From: Oscillospiraceae bacterium
GTDB taxonomy: Bacteria > Bacillota > Clostridia > Oscillospirales > CAG-382
DNA: 64,000 bases
Assembly (NCBI GenBank): GCA_015063885.1
Contig: SVTH01000001.1
Coordinates: 91,182 to 155,181 of the forward strand
Reading direction: 5' to 3'
The position numbers and the translations under genes are program-made. A model generated the notes under the pieces. It ran no database searches, had not been told where the DNA came from, and was given only the letters and a program-made list of their open reading frames with translations. Numbering within the stretch: position 1 is the stretch's first letter; every line of letters starts with the position of its first letter. Shown in pieces: positions 58,914 to 64,000 of the stretch.

Positions 58914-60067
58914 AAAAAATTTGTATGATCACGACCGTTTCCGGAACGTTGGAATCTTTCGTGGTCGAAATTGCCAAACATTTATACCATACTTGTGGGT
59001 ATGACATAACCTTGATATGTAATCATGACGAGGCCTTTGCGAATCAGTTGCCGAAGTATCTCCATTATATTCCCGTGAAAATGGAGCGGGGTATCAATTT
59101 ATCCGGATTCGCTTCGATCAAGGAGTTTCGCCGCATCTTTCGAAGAGAGAAATTCGATCTTGTTCAGTATGCGACACCCAACGCATCCTGCTATGCAAGT
59201 ATAGCAGCTAAACTTGAGCGGATTCCCATTAGGCTTTACTGTCAATGGGGGATACGATATGTTGGCTTGCACGGGCTAACAAGAAAGATCTTTAAGCGGA
59301 TCGAGAAAACGGTTTGCAAGCTCTCAACGCACATTCATTGCGCAAGTCACGGGAATATGCAATTCGCGGTGCGAGAAAAATTATACCCTGCTACGAAAGC
59401 GAGCGTTGTTGGAAACGGCGGTACGATTGGCGTAGATCTGGAAGAATATAATATCGCAGAAAAGGCTGCGTGGCGAACAGAAATCAGATCCAAGTATAAC
59501 CTAACAGATTCCGATTTCGTGTTTGGCTTTGCAGGCAGAATCTCTGTTGATAAGGGTTGCAATGAACTTATTGCGGCGTTTCGCATCGCTTCTCAAGATG
59601 TACCTTCCGCCAAGTTATTGATAGTTGGTCCGTTTGAGGATAATTGCGGCTTGCAAGACGAATTGCTGAGTTTCGCTAAAGCTTCCGAGCAAATAATTTT
59701 TACCGGCCGAGTTGCAAAAGGCGACATGTGCAAGTTTTATGCTGCAATGGACGTTCTTGTCCATCCTACCTATCGAGAAGGGTTTGGTATGGTAATTCAG
59801 GAAGCGGGTGCACTTGCAGTTCCGGTTATCACGACTAAAATACCGGGTGCTTCTGAAGTTATGGAAGACGGCGTGTCTTGTATGCTCGTTGAACCGAAGA
59901 ACATCGACGATTTGTTGCGTGCTATGAAAGAAGTATATTCCTGCCCGCAAAAAGTTTGCTTTTTGGGTGAAAATGCTCGTCTGAGAACGGAAGCTTTATA
60001 TGAACGTTCTGCAATGCTTGAGCAGCAAAGAAAGGAATATGTCAAACTATTGTCGTTGAAGCAATAG
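58910..60067 (+). CDS. Glycosyltransferase family 4 (GT-B)
   Basis: 385 aa. C-terminal EGFGMVIQEAGALAVPVITTKIPGASEVMEDGVSCMLVEP (E-x7-E-type motif). Confidence 0.85.
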   Translation: MKKICMITTVSGTLESFVVEIAKHLYHTCGYDITLICNHDEAFANQLPKYLHYIPVKMERGINLSGFASIKEFRRIFRREKFDLVQYATPNASCYASIAAKLERIPIRLYCQWGIRYVGLHGLTRKIFKRIEKTVCKLSTHIHCASHGNMQFAVREKLYPATKASVVGNGGTIGVDLEEYNIAEKAAWRTEIRSKYNLTDSDFVFGFAGRISVDKGCNELIAAFRIASQDVPSAKLLIVGPFEDNCGLQDELLSFAKASEQIIFTGRVAKGDMCKFYAAMDVLVHPTYREGFGMVIQEAGALAVPVITTKIPGASEVMEDGVSCMLVEPKNIDDLLRAMKEVYSCPQKVCFLGENARLRTEALYERSAMLEQQRKEYVKLLSLKQ

Positions 60068-60088
60068 AGTTGAAACGGTTAAGTCGGT

Positions 60089-61354
60089 ATGCCATCTCCT
60101 AAGATTCTAGTAATTACAGTTGCTTCGTGGAATTCAAAAGTTGGTTCCAACACGTGGACTTCTTTGCTAAGATGCTATTCCGCAGAAAATATTGCCAACC
60201 TCTGTATTCGTGACGAAATTCCCGATAGCCCTGTTTGTTCTCGTTATTTTTCCATTTCCGAAAACAAAATAATTAAAAGCGTTCTTCGTCGTTCTTTGAA
60301 AACGGGAAGAGAGCTTTCTACAAACATGTCCATAGAATCGACTCGCGATTTGATGGAACATAACGCCCGCTACAACCAAATGCGAAAAAAGCGGCGTTAT
60401 TCTATGCTTTTAGCGCGAGAATTTATTTGGAAAGTTGGCAAATGGCACACGAAAGAGCTGGATGACTTTCTCGATGATTTTAAACCGGATATTATTCTGC
60501 ATTCCATGGAAGGATATATCCATTTGAATCGGATCACAATGTATGCCATTCGTCGAACCGGAGCAAAAGTGATCGGTTATATTTGGGATGATAACTTTAC
60601 GTATAAGCAGTCCAAAAAGATAGGATACAAATTTTACCGTTTTTTTCAGAGACGTTCCTTGAAAAAGCTGGCTAAAAACACGTCGGATTTTTTTGCCATT
60701 TCGCCTTACACCAAGAAAGAAGCGGATGCATTTTTTGGAATTGATTGTAAAATACTTACGAAGCCGCTTAGCAGAATTCCCCGGGAATATGAATTCCGAG
60801 TCAGGAATCCTTTGAGAATTCTTTACACCGGAAATCTGTTAATAGGACGCGACAGAAGCTTGGTTCGTTTTGTTAATGCCCTAAAGAAAATGCCTGCCGA
60901 TTTTGCCGTTGTAGACGTTTATACGCAAACGAATCTTTCTGACGAGATTATGTGCGCCCTTGATCCTGCTCTATGTACGGTGCACGAGCCGATTCCGCAA
61001 AGCGAGGTTCTTAAAAAACAAGAGGAAGCAGATATCCTGTTGTTCCTGGAAGATATCGATGGTCCGGATGCTTTGGTCGCAAGGCTCTCTTTCTCTACCA
61101 AAATCACAGACTATCTATCTGCGGGCAAACCGATTTTTGCAATTGGAAACCAAGATACCTCACCAATGCATTACTTAGCAACCAATCATGCAGCAGTCAT
61201 CGCTTGCTCCGATGAGGAGATCTTACAGCGATTGAAAGAAATTCATGGTCGACCTTCATTACTGCGGGATATTGTTAGCTGTGCAAATAATGCTGCAGTA
61301 ATGAATCATGATCCTGCATTGATAAAAAAAGTCTTTGAAACCGTTGTTTTTTGA
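60089..61354 (+). CDS. Polysaccharide-locus protein of unknown function (possibly GT-B-like)
   Basis: 421 aa, low GC, no TM helices. KILVITVASWNSKVGSNTW at the N-terminus. No motif I can assign. Confidence 0.5.
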   Translation: MPSPKILVITVASWNSKVGSNTWTSLLRCYSAENIANLCIRDEIPDSPVCSRYFSISENKIIKSVLRRSLKTGRELSTNMSIESTRDLMEHNARYNQMRKKRRYSMLLAREFIWKVGKWHTKELDDFLDDFKPDIILHSMEGYIHLNRITMYAIRRTGAKVIGYIWDDNFTYKQSKKIGYKFYRFFQRRSLKKLAKNTSDFFAISPYTKKEADAFFGIDCKILTKPLSRIPREYEFRVRNPLRILYTGNLLIGRDRSLVRFVNALKKMPADFAVVDVYTQTNLSDEIMCALDPALCTVHEPIPQSEVLKKQEEADILLFLEDIDGPDALVARLSFSTKITDYLSAGKPIFAIGNQDTSPMHYLATNHAAVIACSDEEILQRLKEIHGRPSLLRDIVSCANNAAVMNHDPALIKKVFETVVF

Positions 61355-61392
61355 ATCGCTGAGCTCATTTTCTGTTATCCTGGGAGTATAAA

Positions 61393-62457
61393 ATGACACC
61401 GTATTTATTATTGGCAATATCACCAATAGTATTATCCTTTGGGATGGATTACTTAGTTGCGAAAAAAAGATTTTCCGAAAGAAAGGCAAAAAAAACATTG
61501 TTGCTTTTTTCTGGAATCCTGATATTCCTCTTCTTCGCTTTGCGTGATCCTTCCATTGGTAGCGGCGACACTTTAGTATACACCAGTGTTATGAAACGTG
61601 CGATACAATCCGAAAACTGGAGTCAATTCTACGGCTTTTATGATATGGAAATTGGATTCCAGTTCTTCGTTTTTTTGTTGTCTCGTGTTTTTACTTCTCC
61701 ACAAATGCTTCTTGTTGTTACGGCAGCATTCTTTGCGTATAGCGTTTGTTATTTTATTTACCGCAATTCCGACGATATGGCTTTGAGTCTTGTGCTGTTT
61801 ATTACGATTTGTGGCATGACATTTTATATGCAAGGCATGCGGCAGGCAATTGCAATGAGTATAGGATTATTTGCATACGAATGCGTAAAGAATCGAAAAA
61901 TCATATGCTTTGCTTTATTGGTGGTGTTGGCAACGTTTTTTCACCAAACCGCAGTAGTTCTGTTCCTCTTGTATGCAATTCGCTTTTTGAAGTTTAATTA
62001 TAAATCATTTGCTTTTTCTGCTGTTGCGGTAGTCATATTCCTTTTAAGCATCGAGCGGTTGATAGCAATTGCCAATGAATTATTTGAGAAAGAATATACC
62101 GGCGTCTTCGAGAGTGGTGGATATATAGCGACTGCGATTCATTTCCTTATTCTGATTTTTGCAGTTGTCTTCAACCGACGCGTACGAAAGAATGACAGCG
62201 AAACAATGCTTATTTATGTAGCATTGGCCGGATTGGTGATTTATATTGCGCGATATTTTGGCGTCGGTATAGCAGAACGAATCAGCTTTTATTTCATTTT
62301 TGGGCAGATCGCATTGTTACCGAATACCCTCCAGCATTTTGAACAGCGCGAACGAGTTGCGTTAAAGATGATTGTATACACGCTCGCAATTGCATTATCA
62401 GCATACCGTCTCCACGGTAGTAACTTGATTCCCTACATTCCTTTTTGGGAAGGATGA
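61393..62457 (+). CDS. EpsG-family / Wzy-like polysaccharide polymerase
   Basis: 354 aa, about 10 TM helices, aromatic-rich. The D..Y...F pattern and size are typical of EpsG. Confidence 0.7.
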   Translation: MTPYLLLAISPIVLSFGMDYLVAKKRFSERKAKKTLLLFSGILIFLFFALRDPSIGSGDTLVYTSVMKRAIQSENWSQFYGFYDMEIGFQFFVFLLSRVFTSPQMLLVVTAAFFAYSVCYFIYRNSDDMALSLVLFITICGMTFYMQGMRQAIAMSIGLFAYECVKNRKIICFALLVVLATFFHQTAVVLFLLYAIRFLKFNYKSFAFSAVAVVIFLLSIERLIAIANELFEKEYTGVFESGGYIATAIHFLILIFAVVFNRRVRKNDSETMLIYVALAGLVIYIARYFGVGIAERISFYFIFGQIALLPNTLQHFEQRERVALKMIVYTLAIALSAYRLHGSNLIPYIPFWEG

Positions 62458-63650
62458 TTAACTTGAAAATAGTACAAATCAATGCCACTTGTGGTGCAGG
62501 AAGTACCGGGAAAATATGCGTTTCCGTCAGCGACTTGTTGACCGCCCAAGGGGTAGAAAATTATATTTTGTACGCCTCCGGCCATAGCGATCATCCGCAA
62601 GGCATTTGCTATACGAACAAATACGAGATCAAATGGAATGCCTTGAAATCCCGCGTTTTTGGCAACTATGGGTTTAACTCCAAAGGCATGACCAAACGTC
62701 TCATCAAAGAACTGGATCGTATTTCTCCCGAGATCGTTCACCTTCATAACCTCCATGGGCACAATTGCCACTTGGAAATGTTGCTTCGCTATCTGCGTGA
62801 ACACCATATCAAAGTATACTGGACCTTTCATGATTGTTGGGCGTTTACCGGGTATTGTCCGCACTTTGTGATGAATAAGTGCGATAAATGGAAAACCGGT
62901 TGCTTTGCCTGCCCGCAAGCGCGCTTCTTCAGTTGGTTTTTTGACAAAAGCAAAAAACTTCACAACCGTAAAAAACAACTGGCACAGGATCTTGATCTCA
63001 CCATCGTCACCCCCTCCCACTGGCTTGCGGAGCTGGTAGGGGAGTCCTTCCTGAAAGACTACCCCGTGAAGGTGATCCACAATGGAATCGACCTCACGGT
63101 GTTCAAGCCCACGGAGAGCGACTTCCGCAAAAAGCACGGTTGCGAGGGGAAGTTCGTCCTTCTCGGGGTGGCCTTCGGCTGGGGCGCCCGCAAGGGGTTG
63201 GACGTGTTTGTGGAGCTTGCCTCCCGTCTGGACGACCGCTTTCAAATCGTCCTGGTGGGCACGGACGACGCTGTTGACCGCAACCTTCCCGAAGGCATCA
63301 TCTCCATCCACCGCACCCAGAACCAGGCCGAGCTAGCGGAGATCTACACCGCTGCTGATCTGTTTGTCAATCCCACCCGCGAGGACACCTATCCCACGGT
63401 TAACATGGAGTCTCTGGCCTGCGGCACTCCCGTAGTCACCTTTCAGACCGGCGGCAGTCCCGAGTGTATCGACCCCGCCTGTGGTTCCGTCGTCCCCTGT
63501 GACGATATTGACGCTTTAGAGCAGGAGATCCTCCGCATCGCAGAAACGAAGCCCTACTCCCTGGACGCCTGCCTGAACAAGGCGAAAGAATTCGACATGA
63601 ACCAACGATTTGAGGAATACGTGAAACTCTACACCGAGGTTCAAAAATGA
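62454..63650 (+). CDS. Glycosyltransferase family 4 (GT-B)
   Basis: ATG 62454 after GGGAAGG (the track uses TTG 62445). IVQINATCGAGSTGKI, NPTREDTYPTVNMESLACGTPVVTFQTGGSPE. GC content rises at about 63000 inside the gene. Confidence 0.85.
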   Translation: MINLKIVQINATCGAGSTGKICVSVSDLLTAQGVENYILYASGHSDHPQGICYTNKYEIKWNALKSRVFGNYGFNSKGMTKRLIKELDRISPEIVHLHNLHGHNCHLEMLLRYLREHHIKVYWTFHDCWAFTGYCPHFVMNKCDKWKTGCFACPQARFFSWFFDKSKKLHNRKKQLAQDLDLTIVTPSHWLAELVGESFLKDYPVKVIHNGIDLTVFKPTESDFRKKHGCEGKFVLLGVAFGWGARKGLDVFVELASRLDDRFQIVLVGTDDAVDRNLPEGIISIHRTQNQAELAEIYTAADLFVNPTREDTYPTVNMESLACGTPVVTFQTGGSPECIDPACGSVVPCDDIDALEQEILRIAETKPYSLDACLNKAKEFDMNQRFEEYVKLYTEVQK

Positions 63651-64000
63651 CCGTCCTTTTCCTTTCCAATTACTTCAATCATCACCAAAAGCCCTTTTGT
63701 GACGCTATGTTCCGTCTTCTGGGTGAGTCATACCATTTTGTTGAGACGGAGCCCATGGATGACGAGCGGAAAAGCCTGGGGTGGGGTGGTATCACATATC
63801 CCTCTTACGTCATTAGCCCGGAGGAGGCCTTTACCCCCGAGACGCAGGCCATGATCGATTCTGCGGATGCGGTCATCATCGGCTCGGCTCCCAATTCCTT
63901 GGTGAAGAACCGCATTCGCAAGGGAAAACTGGTTTTCCGCTATTCGGAACGCCCTTTTAAGAAAGGCATGGAGTGGAAAAAATACCTTCCGCGGCTGGTT
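63647..64000 (+). CDS. 5' part of a further polysaccharide-locus gene running off the window
   Basis: ATGA overlap with the previous gene. 118 codons with no stop (MTVLFLSNYFNHHQKPFCDAMFRLLGESYHFVETEP...). Function not recognisable. Confidence 0.5.
   Translation, partial: MTVLFLSNYFNHHQKPFCDAMFRLLGESYHFVETEPMDDERKSLGWGGITYPSYVISPEEAFTPETQAMIDSADAVIIGSAPNSLVKNRIRKGKLVFRYSERPFKKGMEWKKYLPRLV

Noticed and set aside
55545-63000. A mobile element or genomic island with integrase, transposase or tRNA attachment site around the low-GC cassette; also CRISPR arrays or defence systems anywhere in the window.
   Set aside because: No integrase, transposase or recombinase motifs (DDE, Tyr/Ser recombinase), tRNA genes, direct-repeat att sites or CRISPR-like spaced repeats are visible. 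The breakpoints lie inside homologous genes, which fits homologous replacement instead.

Overview
GC-rich (high-50s % on hand-counted 60-nt lines) Clostridia-type chromosome segment. spoVAC, sortase pili, SipW peptidases and a dockerin suggest an Oscillospiraceae/Ruminococcaceae-like organism, but species cannot be called from the sequence. All domain calls are motif recognition by eye on the supplied translations; no searches were run.

Layout:
- 0-14 kb, mixed genes: spoVAC; acyl-CoA/ACP synthetase plus ACP; a Mn-riboswitch-like leader followed by mntP and a P-type ATPase; a GntR(YtrA)-ABC operon with a palindromic operator; an SGNH hydrolase; a LuxR-type regulator.
- 14.4-33.2 kb, a cell-surface appendage supercluster on the + strand. 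It holds a LepB-type signal peptidase and a sortase pilus operon (vWA tip adhesin, LPETG major pilin, class C sortase, Cna-B minor pilin, Cys-less sortase-like protein). Next comes an 8-gene SipW operon: two SipW peptidases, five TasA/camelysin-like proteins (one with a sortase sorting signal) and a 1632-aa InlB-B-repeat giant with an HxHxxxC array. A lone type IV pilin-like gene follows. The SipW operon is my best candidate for an undescribed system.
- 33.9-35.1 kb: three tandem ~420-bp structured repeats, with an inverted partial copy at 23.2 kb.
- 35.2-64 kb, a polysaccharide locus (fnlABC-like, capD/pglF-like, aminotransferase, initiating transferase, GT4s, EpsG/Wzy-like). It is interrupted by an ECF sigma/anti-sigma pair and by a 10.5-kb minus-strand gene for an S8 protease-LRR-dockerin protein, which a 1-nt frameshift near 50859 splits into two ORFs.

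Three sharp low-GC blocks lie inside otherwise intact ORFs: 28.4-30.0, 44.9-48.4 and 55.5-63.0 kb. I saw no rRNA, tRNA, CRISPR, transposase, integrase or recognisable defence genes.
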